A stretch of 64,000 nt of DNA from Escherichia coli (GTDB lineage: Bacteria > Pseudomonadota > Gammaproteobacteria > Enterobacterales > Enterobacteriaceae), in the NCBI RefSeq assembly GCF_044324785.1, contig NZ_CP172127.1. The stretch is one strand, 5' to 3'. Position numbers and translations under genes: made by a program. Below, piece by piece: positions 11,891-23,737 of this stretch. The stretch's first letter is position 1; every line of letters starts with the position of its first letter. Under the pieces are notes generated by a model. It saw nothing but the letters and a program-made list of their open reading frames with translations, had not been told where the DNA came from and made no database searches.

Positions 11891-12619
11891 ATGACTCATG
11901 TCTGCTCGGTGATCCTCGTTCGTCGTTCATTTGATATTTATCATGAACAGCAAAAAATATCGTTGCACAACGAGAGTATCCTGTTACTGGATAAAAATTT
12001 GGCAGACGATTTTGCGTTTTGTTCACCGGATACGCGACGACTGGATATCGATGAGCTGACAGTTTGCCATTACTTACAAAATATTCGTCAGATACCACGC
12101 AATTTAGGGTTACATAGCAAAGACCGTCTGTTAATTAACCAGTCACCCCCCATGCCGCTGGTGACGGCGATTTTTGATAGTTTCAATGAATCAGGGGTAA
12201 ATTCACCGATACTGAGCAAAATGCTCTATCTTTCCTGTTTATCGATGTTTTCTCATAAGAAAGAACTGATCCCCTTACTTTTCAATAGTATCAGTACTGT
12301 TTCAGGAAAAGTTGAACGCCTTATTAGCTTTGATATCGCCAAACGTTGGTATCTGCGCGATATCGCGGAAAGAATGTATACCAGCGAGAGTCTCATCAAA
12401 AAAAAGTTGCAGGATGAAAATACCTGTTTCAGTAAAATATTACTCGCCTCCAGGATGTCGATGGCCAGACGATTACTCGAGTTACGTCAAATTCCTCTGC
12501 ATACTATTGCGGAAAAATGTGGATATAGCAGTACGTCGTACTTTATAAACACATTTCGACAATATTATGGTGTAACGCCACATCAGTTTGCGCAACATTC
12601 GCCAGGTACCTTTTCCTGA
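11891..12619 (+). CDS. gadW: AraC-family regulator GadW (242 aa)
   Basis: AraC-type C-terminal HTH; paralogous to gadX; conserved position. Confidence 0.9.
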   Translation: MTHVCSVILVRRSFDIYHEQQKISLHNESILLLDKNLADDFAFCSPDTRRLDIDELTVCHYLQNIRQIPRNLGLHSKDRLLINQSPPMPLVTAIFDSFNESGVNSPILSKMLYLSCLSMFSHKKELIPLLFNSISTVSGKVERLISFDIAKRWYLRDIAERMYTSESLIKKKLQDENTCFSKILLASRMSMARRLLELRQIPLHTIAEKCGYSSTSYFINTFRQYYGVTPHQFAQHSPGTFS

Positions 12620-12981
12620 CATATTTCGCATTTGAATATTGGTCAGGATCTCACACCTGCTTCATGTGAAACTCTTCCCTGATGATTTCTGCCGGGCTAC
12701 CGGCTAGTTCTCTTTCGCAGTTTGCCAGGCGGTATAGGTATTTTCAGGAGGAAAAGACTCGGCATGTTTGGGATTATTAAGCTGACAATTCATACGATTA
12801 CGGGAATGTGGGTCAGTATTGTGCTGTTCAAATTGATGACGAATGGCTGGAGTGGTTTCTACTTTCAGTGCTGTGTACTAAGCCTGGTATTCCTGACGGT
12901 TAGCTGGTTGTTGAGTGGTGAATGGTTAGCAGGAAAGAGTAAGGCTGAACCTTCACGTTCAACCTTACTCTCATTTACACG

Positions 12982-15900
12982 TTACGCTTTTTTAAAGCGG
13001 GCAAAGAGATGTTCCACTACAACGAAAAAGACCGGAACGAAGTAAATGGCCAGCACTGTTGCGGCAAACATCCCGCCCATCACGCCGGTACCTACCGCGT
13101 TTTGCGCGCCAGAACCGGCACCATGACTGATAACCAGCGGCAGCACGCCGAGAATAAAGGCCAGAGAGGTCATCAGGATTGGGCGTAAACGCATTCGCGC
13201 CGCTTCGATGATCGCCTCTATCGGCGTTTTCCCTTCTTTCTGCATCATCTCAACGGCAAATTCGACAATCAGGATGGCGTTCTTGGCAGAAAGCCCGATG
13301 GTGGTCAGCAAACCAACCTGGAAGTAGACATCATTACTTAAGCCGCGTAGATCGGTGGCCAGTAATGCGCCAACGACGCCTAACGGTACAACCAACATCA
13401 CCGAGAACGGAATTGACCAGCTCTCATAAAGTGCGGCGAGGGCGAGGAACACCACGACCAGTGAAATGGCATACAGCGCAGGAGCCTGGTTTGAGGATAA
13501 CGCTTCCTGATACGACAGTCCGGTCCATGAGTAGCCGACGCCTGCCGGAAGTTTAGCGACCAGGTCTGCCATAAATTTCATAGCGTCACCGGTACTTTTC
13601 CCGGCCGCCGCTTCACCTAAAATCTCCATTGACGGGATGCCGTTGTAGCGTTCCAGTCGCGGTGAACCATAGGTCCATTCGGTAGACGAGTAGGCAGAAA
13701 GCGGTGCCATCGTGCCAGAGGCGTTGCGTACATACCATTGGTTGATGTTATCCGGCAACATACGGAACGGCGTGCCTGCCTGGACATACACTTTTTTCAC
13801 CCGCCCCTGGTTGAGGAAGTCGTTCACGTAGCTGCTGCCGAAGGCGGTGGAAATTGTCTGGTTGATATCAGACAGCGCCACGCCCATTGCCTCGGCTTTC
13901 GCGGCGTTGACGTTCACTTTGAACATCGGCGTATCTTCCAGGCCGTTCGGGCGTACCCCGGTGACTTGATTTGGTGATTGCGCTGCCAGTGATAATAGCT
14001 CGTTTCGCGCCTGGGTCAGTTTTTCGTGCCCCAGGTTACCGTTGTCCAGCAGTTCCATATCAAAACCTGACGCGGTACCCAGTTCAGCCACCGCGGGTAA
14101 ATTGAACGGGAAGACGACGGCTTTATTGATACTGCTTAACGCAATCATTGCCCGCTGAATGATCGCGGTAACCGAGTTTTCCTCACCGACACGTTCAGAC
14201 CACGGCTTGAGACTGATAAACGCCAGGCCGTTGTTTTGCCCCTGGCCGCTGAAGCCAAAGCCGCCAACGGTAAATACCGACTGGACATTATCTTTCTCTT
14301 TAGTCAGATAATAATCCGTCACCTGTTGCAGCACTTTCGTGGTGTTAACCATGGTGGCACCGGAAGGTAACTGCGCGGTGGTCATAAATACCCCCTGATC
14401 CTCTTCTGGTAAGAAAGAGGTCGGCGTACGCAGGAACAGCACCGCCATCCCAGCGCAAATCAGCAGGTAGACCACCATGTAGCGACCGGTACAACGCAAC
14501 AGCGAGCGGGTGCTGTCGGTATAGTGCTGAGTTGATTTTTCAAACAGCGTGTTGAAGCGTGCGAACAGGGCGTTAGGTTTGTGACCGCCTTCCGGCGCGG
14601 CTTTCAGAATGGTGGCGCACAGGGCAGGGGTCAGGCTCATTGCCACAAATACTGAAAGCAGCATGGAGGAGATTAGCGTGATGGAGAACTGGCGGTAGAT
14701 CTCCCCGGTCGCACCGCTCATAAAGGCCATCGGCATAAACACTGCGGAAAGAACAACGGCAATCCCGACCAGCGCACGTTGGATCTGCCCCATCGATTTA
14801 TGCGTCGCTTCCTTCGGCGGTAGCTTATCTTCTGCAATGACACGCTCGACGTTCTCCACCACCACGATGGCGTCATCCACCAGTAACCCTATCGCCAGCA
14901 CCATCCCGAACATAGTTAACGTGTTGATGGTGAAACCGACCGCCGACAAGATCGCAAACGTCCCGAGAATAACCACCGGTACGGCAATCGTCGGGATGAT
15001 TGTGGCACGGAAATTCTGCAAAAACAGATACATTACCAGGAAGACGAGGATGATAGCCTCAACCAGTGTTTTAAAAACTTCCTGAATAGAAATTTCGATA
15101 AACGGCGTGGTGTCGTAAGGATAAACCGTCTTCAGACTTGCGGGGAAATAGGCTGATAAACGGTTCAGCTCCTCTTTGACTGCCCGCGAGGTATCCAGGG
15201 CGTTCGCTCCGGCAGCCAGTTTGATGGCGATCCCGGCCGCAGGTTTGCCGTTATAGCGCGCCACGGTGGAATAATCTTCCGCCCCAAGTTCGACGCGGGC
15301 GACATCACGCAGCAGCACTTGCGAACCATCTTGCTGAACTTTCAACAGGATTTTGCCAAATTCTTCCGGCGTTTGCAGACGCGTCTGCACAATGATCGAG
15401 GCGTTCAGTTGCTGGTCTGCCGCCTGTGGCATGCCACCCAGTTGACCACCAGAAATCTGGTTGTTTTGTACCTTAATCTGGGAAATAACATCGGAAGGTA
15501 CCAGGTTATATTTATTGAGTTTTTGCGGGTCCAGCCAGATACGCATGGCGTACTCGGAACCAAAGAGCTGTACGCTACCAACGCCCGCGGTACGGCTTAG
15601 CGGGTCTTTAATATTAGACGCTACATAGTCCGCGATATCGTACTGGTTGAGGCTGCCGTTATCAGAAATAAACGCCGCTACCATCAGGATATTACTGCTC
15701 GATTTATCGACGCTGATCCCCTGCTGCTGCACCGCTTCAGGTAATGAAGGCATAGCGAGTTGCAGTTTATTTTGCACCTGAACCTGTGCGATATCAGGAG
15801 ATGTCCCAGTCTCGAAGGTCAGAGTGATAGAGGCATTGCCCGCCGCATCACTGGTTGAAGACATGTACATCAGGCCATCAAGCCCATTCATATTTTGCTC

Positions 15901-16095
15901 AATCACCTGAGTGACCGAGTCTTCTACCGTTTGCGCATCGGCACCTGGATAGGTAGCGCTGACGGTAATGGTCGGTGGCGCAATCTGCGGATACTGCGCA
16001 ACCGGTAAGTTCATGATCGCCAGACCACCTGCAAGCATCATAATAATGGCAAGTACCCAGGCAAAAACCGGGCGATCAATAAAATAGTTAGCCAT
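12982..16095 (-). CDS. mdtF: RND multidrug efflux pump inner-membrane subunit MdtF (1037 aa)
   Basis: Full-length AcrB-like RND ORF; immediately downstream of mdtE. Confidence 0.95.
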
Positions 16096-16119
16096 GAAAG
16101 TCCCCTTAAGCCTGCAACG

Positions 16120-17277
16120 TTATTGTTTCGATTCGGTGCTGGCGTTTTCCTGGCTGGAGGAAATTGCTCGTGCTTTGATACCCGGACGAATGCGTTGCAA
16201 ACCGGAAACGATCACCCGATCGCCAGCCTGCAAGCCAGAGGTTACAACCCACTGGTCGCCGATGGCTTTGCTGGCTTCAATTTCGCGTAGCTGCACAACA
16301 TCGTCTTTATCCAGAATGAGCGCCGTTGCTTTACCCTGGGCGTTGTGGGTGACGCCTTCCTGCGGCACCAGTAATACATTCTGGCGGCTACCTTCATCCA
16401 CTAATGCCGTGACGTACATACCAGGCAGCAAGTCACCATTTGGGTTGGGGAAAATCGCCCGTAACGTCACGGAGCCCGTGGTTTCATCCACCGTCGGGTC
16501 GGAGAATTTCAGCGTGCCGGTCTGGCTGTAACGTTTACCATTTTCCAGATTGAGCTGTACTGGCGTACTGCCCTGAACCTGTTTGATTTGCCCACTGGCG
16601 ACCTCTTCTTTCATGCGTAAGAAATCTTGCACCGACTGCGTGAGATCGACATAAATCGGGTCCAGACGTTGTACGGTAACCAGCGAATCTGCCTGATTAG
16701 CGGTAACGAGTGCGCCGACGGTCACCGACGATTTCCCGCTGACGCCCGTAATCGGCGAGGTGACATTCGCGTATTGCAGATTGATCGTCGCCTGTTCAAC
16801 AGCCGCTTTGGCGACGGTGACATTGGCTTCTGCTTCATTCAACTGGGTGCGCGCGGTGTCGTAATCCTGACGGCTAACGTAGTTGGTCTTCAGCAACGAT
16901 GCCTGGCGGTTAAAGGTGATGCGGGCATTGCTGGCGGTAGAGAGCGCTTTCGCCAGCGTGCCTTTGGCGGAGTTCAGCTCGGCCTGTAAAGGTGCAGGAT
17001 CAATCTGATACAGCGAATCGCCCTGGTTCACTTTATCGCCTTCGATAAAGTTGCGTTTAATGATAATACCGCCCACCTGGGGACGTATCTCGGCAACTTC
17101 ATAAGGAACGGTTCTACCGGGCAATTCGCTCAATACATTGACCGAACCGGGGGAGAGTGTGACGACACCGACCTCAGGCGTCATGGCGGCGGCGTTTTCC
17201 GCCGATTTGTCATCGCAGGCGGTGAGCATCGCGCCGCAGAATAACAACGGTATTAACAGCTTTCTTCTTCTGTTCAT
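16120..17277 (-). CDS. mdtE: RND efflux membrane-fusion lipoprotein MdtE (385 aa)
   Basis: Signal peptide with lipobox (LTAC); AcrA-like periplasmic adaptor. Confidence 0.95.
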   Translation of the reverse strand: MNRRRKLLIPLLFCGAMLTACDDKSAENAAAMTPEVGVVTLSPGSVNVLSELPGRTVPYEVAEIRPQVGGIIIKRNFIEGDKVNQGDSLYQIDPAPLQAELNSAKGTLAKALSTASNARITFNRQASLLKTNYVSRQDYDTARTQLNEAEANVTVAKAAVEQATINLQYANVTSPITGVSGKSSVTVGALVTANQADSLVTVQRLDPIYVDLTQSVQDFLRMKEEVASGQIKQVQGSTPVQLNLENGKRYSQTGTLKFSDPTVDETTGSVTLRAIFPNPNGDLLPGMYVTALVDEGSRQNVLLVPQEGVTHNAQGKATALILDKDDVVQLREIEASKAIGDQWVVTSGLQAGDRVIVSGLQRIRPGIKARAISSSQENASTESKQ

Positions 17278-17615
17278 TTTAGTCCCTGAAAATTCTTGAG
17301 AAATAACGGTTCTTTAAATTGCGCGCGAGGAGAGATATGAGGGATTTACAGACCAGCGGCATAGTGGGGTTGTCAGCCAGTAAGGTGGGATACAGGCATA
17401 GTGATCGACATGGTGAGGTCAACGACAAAAAAAATGTTGCCGTTCTGCCAACAGTTCCTGCCAGCATTCGGGCAACGAAGGGTTCTACTGGTGGATACAC
17501 ATACCAGGGGAATAAAGTCGTTTTAACCTCTCCTTTAGTAATCACCGGGGGTAATGAAATCAGCATCTGCATCCCTCGTCATGCCAGCCATCAATTTCAG
17601 TTGCTTATGTCCTGA

Positions 17616-18143
17616 CTAAAAATAAGATGTGATACCCAGGGTGACGATGTCGCTCATACGTCTTAGTTTCAGCTTGTACATAATGTTGAATTTCTGAATC
17701 TTTAATGTTTGTTGCGAAATATTGAGCGTCGACGTGATATTGCTTTCATTTTTATTTTTCAGAATCAGTTGCATAATTTTGAACTGATTATGTGAAAAAC
17801 ATAATTGTGAATTCTTATGGGGCAAGTGTTTACCATAAGTAATCTCAAGAAGATTTTTGATACTTTCTTTGCGGCTAACAAAATAAATAGGCGCTTTAGC
17901 TTTTAGTTTACTGATGTGATAAGGTGCCAAAACAATAATTCTCTCGGCATCTAATTTCTCCAGAAATTTAATCGCTTCTTCATCAAGGATATGATTGTGA
18001 TAGGTATCAATGATAACCTTGAAGGGTTTATTGCCTACTTTTTTGATCTCTGACAGGGAATTGATTTTTATCATTTCGTGATTATCTTTCAACTGCCAAA
18101 AGCCCTGTAAAAGAAAAGAATCTTTCGTCATGAGAAAAATCAT
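17616..18143 (-). CDS. gadE: LuxR-family acid-resistance master regulator GadE (175 aa)
   Basis: Start at MIFLMTKDSF (ORF-track start 18221 trimmed); very AT-rich; preceded by a roughly 800-bp regulatory intergenic region. Confidence 0.9.
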   Translation of the reverse strand: MIFLMTKDSFLLQGFWQLKDNHEMIKINSLSEIKKVGNKPFKVIIDTYHNHILDEEAIKFLEKLDAERIIVLAPYHISKLKAKAPIYFVSRKESIKNLLEITYGKHLPHKNSQLCFSHNQFKIMQLILKNKNESNITSTLNISQQTLKIQKFNIMYKLKLRRMSDIVTLGITSYF

Positions 18144-18941
18144 AACTTGCTCCTTAGCCGTTATCGTTTCGAACATGTCATCCTTTTCATTATTTACATC
18201 CTTGTCAGAATCGTTGTTCAATATAGTAAACGCCTATAAGAACTTTGCCCTTCGTGAACTAATACGTCTATTAACACTAATCAATGCTTCAGATTTATCC
18301 ATCACGCACTCCATATATTGATCCTAAGTAAAATTCCTGGTTGTTATCAGTTTGTAAACAGCAAACAAAAACTTAACGTTTGCGGATTACTGCCCAAGAA
18401 TAAGTTATCAATAACCAGTTTGTGATCTCTGAAGAATATTACTAAAGTTAAAATGTAATCCGATTTAAATATCGAGTCTCCTTGTTTCGACTTAAGCTGG
18501 CAATTGGATTGCCAGCTTTCTTTTAACGCATTGAAATTACCTGAGTAAATAACTCATTCATGTCTTCAGGTTTTTATATAGCGTCTGGAGACACGGATAT
18601 TTATGCAATGTAATCAACGCCAGTTGCAAAAAAATGAACCCGGATTACTTATTTAACCGCCCATAGCATCAACGCTTACGGAACTCTTTGTTCACTTTCC
18701 CACAGCACTTTTAAAACATTAAACCTGACTACGGAAAATATCAGCCATGATAATGTTTGAAATGGCTAATTTGCCATGGAGTGAAAAAAATCATATGAAA
18801 TTCAGTAGGTTGAAATAATCATCAGCAGGTAATTATTTCAATGATAGTGCGCAATTGATCTATAACGCTGTGTAGCGGAGAGAGTATTAATCGGATCATA
18901 GTCACATCAAGTGACTATGATCCGGGTGATAACCGGGATAA

Positions 18942-19514
18942 TTATTGCTGCTTAACGAACAAACTGGCGAAGCTGAACAGGCTGGCGGCGCTAAATATCA
19001 GTTCAATACCCACCAGTGTGGAAACCAAAGTTACAGACACCATCGGCGTTGCACCAAGGAATATCCAGGCAATGACGATATCCAGCACACCAATAACGAG
19101 CTGTAGCCAGCTGCCTTTCATTGAACGCTGACGATACCAACTCATCAGGCGAATAACCCCTGCAACACAGAACAAACCGGCAATAAATGCCGCAATGGCA
19201 AAAATGCCCAGCTCCGGTGCGCGGATGAAGAAATAGCCGATCAATAAATAGGCGACTGCGACGAGGAAACCGGATAATACCGGCCAGAAATTATGACTGC
19301 GGTTGCTGAATAACCCGACAATAAGCGCAATGCCCGAGCAGATTAATAATGCACCCACTACTGTGCTTAAAATATCGCCAGAGACGAACGGGAAACTGAT
19401 ACACAGCAACCCGACGATAAACAGTAGCACGGCAATAAACTGGATTGCTCTGCGATGCTTTTTCAGCATCTCCAGATCAAACTTCAAAATTGTTGCCTTA
19501 TCTATATATAACAT
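18942..19514 (-). CDS. hdeD: Acid-resistance membrane protein HdeD (190 aa)
   Basis: Multi-TM ORF divergent from hdeAB. Confidence 0.9.
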   Translation of the reverse strand: MLYIDKATILKFDLEMLKKHRRAIQFIAVLLFIVGLLCISFPFVSGDILSTVVGALLICSGIALIVGLFSNRSHNFWPVLSGFLVAVAYLLIGYFFIRAPELGIFAIAAFIAGLFCVAGVIRLMSWYRQRSMKGSWLQLVIGVLDIVIAWIFLGATPMVSVTLVSTLVGIELIFSAASLFSFASLFVKQQ

Positions 19515-19768
19515 AGAACCACCCTATAAAATTAAGAAGAAAATCCCCTGCTATCAATCTATGCCAAAAACGCGTCTAAGAATGCAGTCGATTTAATAAA
19601 AATTTCCTAATTGCAGTATCTGATGCATCTGTAACTCATTGTATTGAAATAAAAATATCTGATTTTGATATTTTCCATCAACATGACATATACAGAAAAC
19701 CAGGTTATAACCTCAGTGTCGAAATTGATTCGTGACGGCTCTTTCACTTTATAGTTGAGGATATTACG

Positions 19769-20101
19769 ATGAAAAAAGTATTAGGCGTTATTCTTGGTGG
19801 TCTGCTTCTTCTGCCAGTTGTGAGCAATGCAGCGGATGCGCAAAAAGCAGCTGATAACAAAAAACCGGTCAACTCCTGGACCTGTGAAGATTTCCTGGCT
19901 GTGGACGAATCCTTCCAGCCAACTGCAGTTGGTTTTGCTGAAGCGCTGAACAACAAAGATAAACCAGAAGATGCGGTTTTAGATGTTCAGGGTATTGCAA
20001 CCGTAACCCCAGCTATCGTTCAGGCTTGTACTCAGGATAAACAAGCCAACTTTAAAGATAAAGTTAAAGGCGAATGGGACAAAATTAAGAAAGATATGTA
20101 A
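19769..20101 (+). CDS. hdeA: Periplasmic acid-stress chaperone HdeA (110 aa)
   Basis: Signal peptide (…VVSNA/ADAQ) and recognised HdeA sequence. Confidence 0.95.
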   Translation: MKKVLGVILGGLLLLPVVSNAADAQKAADNKKPVNSWTCEDFLAVDESFQPTAVGFAEALNNKDKPEDAVLDVQGIATVTPAIVQACTQDKQANFKDKVKGEWDKIKKDM

Positions 20102-20216
20102 TTCCGGGAATGCGTTACATCGTACTTCCTTGCATATTGAACAGGCCGGAATATCTTCTTTAAAAGCAGCTATTCCTCCTGTTCATATATAATCTCTATA
20201 TTGAATGGGTTACAAA

Positions 20217-20543
20217 ATGAATATTTCATCTCTCCGTAAAGCGTTTATTTTTATGGGCGCTGTAGCGGCTTTGTCACTGGTGAACGCACAATCTGCGCTG
20301 GCAGCCAATGAATCCGCTAAAGATATGACCTGCCAGGAATTTATTGATCTGAATCCAAAAGCAATGACCCCGGTTGCATGGTGGATGCTGCATGAAGAGA
20401 CAGTATATAAAGGTGGCGATACTGTTACTTTAAATGAAACCGATCTCACTCAAATTCCTAAAGTGATCGAATACTGCAAGAAAAACCCGCAGAAAAATTT
20501 GTATACCTTCAAAAATCAAGCATCTAATGACTTGCCGAATTAA
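20217..20543 (+). CDS. hdeB: Periplasmic acid-stress chaperone HdeB (108 aa)
   Basis: Start at MNISSLRKAF (ORF-track start 20205 trimmed); signal peptide. Confidence 0.9.
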   Translation: MNISSLRKAFIFMGAVAALSLVNAQSALAANESAKDMTCQEFIDLNPKAMTPVAWWMLHEETVYKGGDTVTLNETDLTQIPKVIEYCKKNPQKNLYTFKNQASNDLPN

Positions 20544-20606
20544 TGAGGTACAAGTAAAAAGGAGTAGCAAGTTGAGCCATCTTGCTGCTCCTTTTTGCAT
20601 TTTTAT

Positions 20607-21254
20607 ATGACAGCAGAATTTATTATACGTCTTATACTCGCAGCAATTGCCTGTGGCGCTATTGGCATGGAAAGGCAAATACGCGGCAAAGGAGCAGGGT
20701 TACGCACACATGTATTAATTGGCATGGGAAGCGCCCTGTTTATGATTGTTTCGAAATATGGTTTTGCTGACGTACTGTCTTTAGATCACGTCGGACTGGA
20801 CCCCAGCCGTATTGCTGCTCAGGTGGTGACGGGCGTCGGGTTTATCGGTGCAGGTAACATTCTCGTTCGTAACCAAAATATTGTAGGTCTGACGACGGCA
20901 GCGGATATCTGGGTGACCGCCGCTATAGGTATGGTTATTGGCAGTGGTATGTACGAACTGGGCATTTATGGTTCAGTGATGACCTTACTGGTGCTGGAAG
21001 TCTTCCATCAATTAACCTTCCGCCTGATGAACAAAAATTACCATTTACAGCTGACATTAGTGAACGGTAATACGGTATCAATGCTCGACTGGTTTAAGCA
21101 GCAAAAAATAAAAACTGATTTAGTTTCGTTGCAGGAAAATGAAGATCATGAAGTGGTCGCCATTGATATCCAGCTTCATGCCACGACGTCGATAGAAGAT
21201 CTGTTGCGATTATTAAAAGGTATGGCAGGGGTGAAAGGCGTTTCAATTAGCTAA
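20607..21254 (+). CDS. yhiD: MgtC-family inner membrane protein YhiD
   Basis: MgtC-like N-terminal TM region (start taken at MTAEFIIRL); conserved position after hdeB. Confidence 0.85.
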   Translation: MTAEFIIRLILAAIACGAIGMERQIRGKGAGLRTHVLIGMGSALFMIVSKYGFADVLSLDHVGLDPSRIAAQVVTGVGFIGAGNILVRNQNIVGLTTAADIWVTAAIGMVIGSGMYELGIYGSVMTLLVLEVFHQLTFRLMNKNYHLQLTLVNGNTVSMLDWFKQQKIKTDLVSLQENEDHEVVAIDIQLHATTSIEDLLRLLKGMAGVKGVSIS

Positions 21255-21274
21255 TCTGTATAGTTATTTATTCG

Positions 21275-21307
21275 CAGGAGTACCGGAGCGGTACTCCTGT
21301 TGGTTTT
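21275..21307 (+). terminator. Hairpin terminator between convergent yhiD and chuV
   Basis: Stem caggagtacc / ggtactcctg followed by ttggtttt. Confidence 0.6.
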
Positions 21308-22076
21308 AATGATCGAGGACGATCAGTGGTGAATGGTTGGCAGGATCTTTAAGTACGGTAATATCCGCGCCGTAGAGCATTGTCAGTGCCTGCTGTGTCA
21401 ATACATCCTGCGGTTTACCATTTGCGATAACCTTTCCTTTTTGCATTAATACAATACGGTCTGCATAACGTGCGGCAAGATTTAGATCGTGCAATACGCA
21501 GCAAACATTGAATTGCCGTTCGTGAACTAACTGGCGTAATAAACGGAACAAGTGCTGCTGATGGTGAATATCCAGCGCCGAAGTTGGTTCATCAAGAAAT
21601 AACCATTTCGGTGAGGGAGTAGGTTCCCAGAGTTGCACCAGCAGGCGCGCTAATTGCACGCGCTGTTGTTCACCACCGGATAATTGCCGATAGTCGCGGT
21701 TTGCTAACGCCTGACAGTCACATAACGCCATTATTTGTGCTGTTTCATTATCCTTATTACCAGTGCGATGCGGATGCCGCCCCATCTGGATAACTTCTTG
21801 TACGCTGAATGGAAACGCCATGTGGCTATTTTGACGCATCACGGCCCGGTGTTTCGCCAGTTCAGTAATCGACCATTTATTTAATGGCTTATTAAACAAC
21901 CGACATTCGCCGCTATCAGGTTGAAGATAGCCGGTTAACTGGCGAAGCAGCGTAGATTTTCCCGCACCATTAGGGCCGAGAATGGCAACAATTTCCCCAC
22001 CGGGAAAAGTCAGCGAGACATTATCAGTCAGGCGTCGCCCATGAAGGCTATAAACCAGATTCTGGGCGCTGATCAT
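21306..22076 (-). CDS. chuV: Hemin ABC transporter ATP-binding protein ChuV/HmuV (256 aa)
   Basis: Walker [13 protein letters not shown] signature LSGGEQQR, Walker B LFLDEP; start codon overlaps the chuU stop (ATGA) at 22073-22076. Confidence 0.9.
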   Translation of the reverse strand: MISAQNLVYSLHGRRLTDNVSLTFPGGEIVAILGPNGAGKSTLLRQLTGYLQPDSGECRLFNKPLNKWSITELAKHRAVMRQNSHMAFPFSVQEVIQMGRHPHRTGNKDNETAQIMALCDCQALANRDYRQLSGGEQQRVQLARLLVQLWEPTPSPKWLFLDEPTSALDIHHQQHLFRLLRQLVHERQFNVCCVLHDLNLAARYADRIVLMQKGKVIANGKPQDVLTQQALTMLYGADITVLKDPANHSPLIVLDH

Positions 22077-23065
22077 GTGATCCTCCGGTTGCGCAGAATC
22101 AACCACATAAAATAAGGACCACCAAGCAGGCTGGTTAATAATCCCACGGGCATTTCTGCTGGCTGTACCAGCGTGCGGGCAAGCGTGTCTGCCATCAGCA
22201 ATAAACAGGCTCCGGCGAGGGCGGAGCAAGGGATTAGCCAGCGGTGATTTGCTCCGGTAGTCATGCGAATCAGATGCGGGATCACCAGGCCAATAAAGCC
22301 GATAATGCCGCTTACCGATACGGCAGCACCAACGAGCAGTGAGCTCACTAACAGTAATTGCTGGCGTTTACGCTTAACGTTCACGCCGAGGTAGTGGGCT
22401 TCTTCATCACCGAGCTGCAGTAAATTCAGCGTTCCGGCGAGACAAGTTGTTGCGATAATGGCCGGTAGGATGAATGAACTGGCAACCAATAACGTCGGCC
22501 ATTGCGCCTGTCCAAGATTGCCCATCATCCACAATGTGAGTTGTCGTAGCTGCTGCTCATCGCCGATATAGCTCAGGATGCCGATCGCTGCGCCGCACAG
22601 GGCATTGATGGCGATACCAGCGAGTAATAATTGCATCATGCTGCCATCGCGATGGCGCTGCGTGATGAGAAAAATGATGGTGCAGACCACTAAACTTCCG
22701 ACAATGGCAAACACCATTTGCTCATAGAGCACTAGCACCACTGGGAAGGAGAAGGGCAGCACAATAGCAACGCCAACCATTAATGCAGAACCGCTACTGA
22801 CGCCAAGTAATCCTGGGTCAGCCATTGGGTTGCGAAAAAGCCCCTGCATAATTACCCCGGCGGTTGCCAACGCTGCACCTACCAGCACCGCCAGCAAAAC
22901 CCGTGGTAGACGAATATTGAGCCAGATATCGCGGTATTCCTCATCAAAAAGGGCATCAAAACTGATCCTTAACGCTCCCTGACTGGCACCGAACAGCACC
23001 AGAGCGAGCAATAATAGTGATAGCCTCATAAAGACCCTGGCGGAAGAGAGTGAATCCTTGAGCAC
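22073..23065 (-). CDS. chuU: Hemin ABC transporter permease ChuU (FecCD family)
   Basis: Multi-TM FecCD/BtuC-like permease upstream of the ATPase; exact start uncertain. Confidence 0.9.
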   Translation of the reverse strand: MLKDSLSSARVFMRLSLLLLALVLFGASQGALRISFDALFDEEYRDIWLNIRLPRVLLAVLVGAALATAGVIMQGLFRNPMADPGLLGVSSGSALMVGVAIVLPFSFPVVLVLYEQMVFAIVGSLVVCTIIFLITQRHRDGSMMQLLLAGIAINALCGAAIGILSYIGDEQQLRQLTLWMMGNLGQAQWPTLLVASSFILPAIIATTCLAGTLNLLQLGDEEAHYLGVNVKRKRQQLLLVSSLLVGAAVSVSGIIGFIGLVIPHLIRMTTGANHRWLIPCSALAGACLLLMADTLARTLVQPAEMPVGLLTSLLGGPYFMWLILRNRRIT

Positions 23066-23113
23066 GCAAAACTCCGTTACGACATTACGGCGCGGACATG
23101 CCGCGCCGGGGGA

Positions 23114-23737
23114 TCACGCCGGTTTCAGGTCCGGTTCAATCAGACTGTAGACCTGCTGGTTAAGTGCTGGCGCATTTGCCAGTTCATGGATATGTGCGGC
23201 GACATCGGTACGGTTAACAAAACCATGACACTCCTGATTTTGTATCCGTTGTGCTTTGCCCGTTGCCGCCCCATCAAGCAGACCGCCAGGGCGGAGAATG
23301 GCGTAATCAAGCTGGCTGGTTTGCAACCAGCTTTCCGCCAGCGTTTTTTCCCGTACCGCCTGACCAAACGCAGCCTTTGCTCGCTCCGATAAAAACGGCC
23401 AGCTATCGCCGCATCCCAAAGAGGTCACCAGAATCATGCGACTGATGCCGGCCTTTTCGGCCTCATCAATCACTGTTCTGTGCGCCAGATAATCCTGAGC
23501 TCCTCCCATTGTTGAGATGATAAGCGCATCCGGGCCAGCTGCGCGGCAAGCAGCCGCAACTACGCTGGCATCACAGGCGTCGCCTGTAAAAACCTGTACG
23601 CCTTGTTGCGCCAGTTTCGTGGCGGCATCGGCATGACGAACGACAGCAACGACCGGACGTTGCTCTGCCAGCGCCAGTTCAAGCGTTCTGGCACCCACAC
23701 CTTTTCCGCCTGCGCCAAAGAGTAGCCACGGCGTCAT
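23114..23737 (-). CDS. chuY: ChuY (heme-degradation-associated NAD(P)-binding reductase)
   Basis: 207-aa ORF in the chuTWXYUV operon position; start overlaps the chuX stop by 1 nt (TGATG). Confidence 0.8.
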   Translation of the reverse strand: MTPWLLFGAGGKGVGARTLELALAEQRPVVAVVRHADAATKLAQQGVQVFTGDACDASVVAAACRAAGPDALIISTMGGAQDYLAHRTVIDEAEKAGISRMILVTSLGCGDSWPFLSERAKAAFGQAVREKTLAESWLQTSQLDYAILRPGGLLDGAATGKAQRIQNQECHGFVNRTDVAAHIHELANAPALNQQVYSLIEPDLKPA

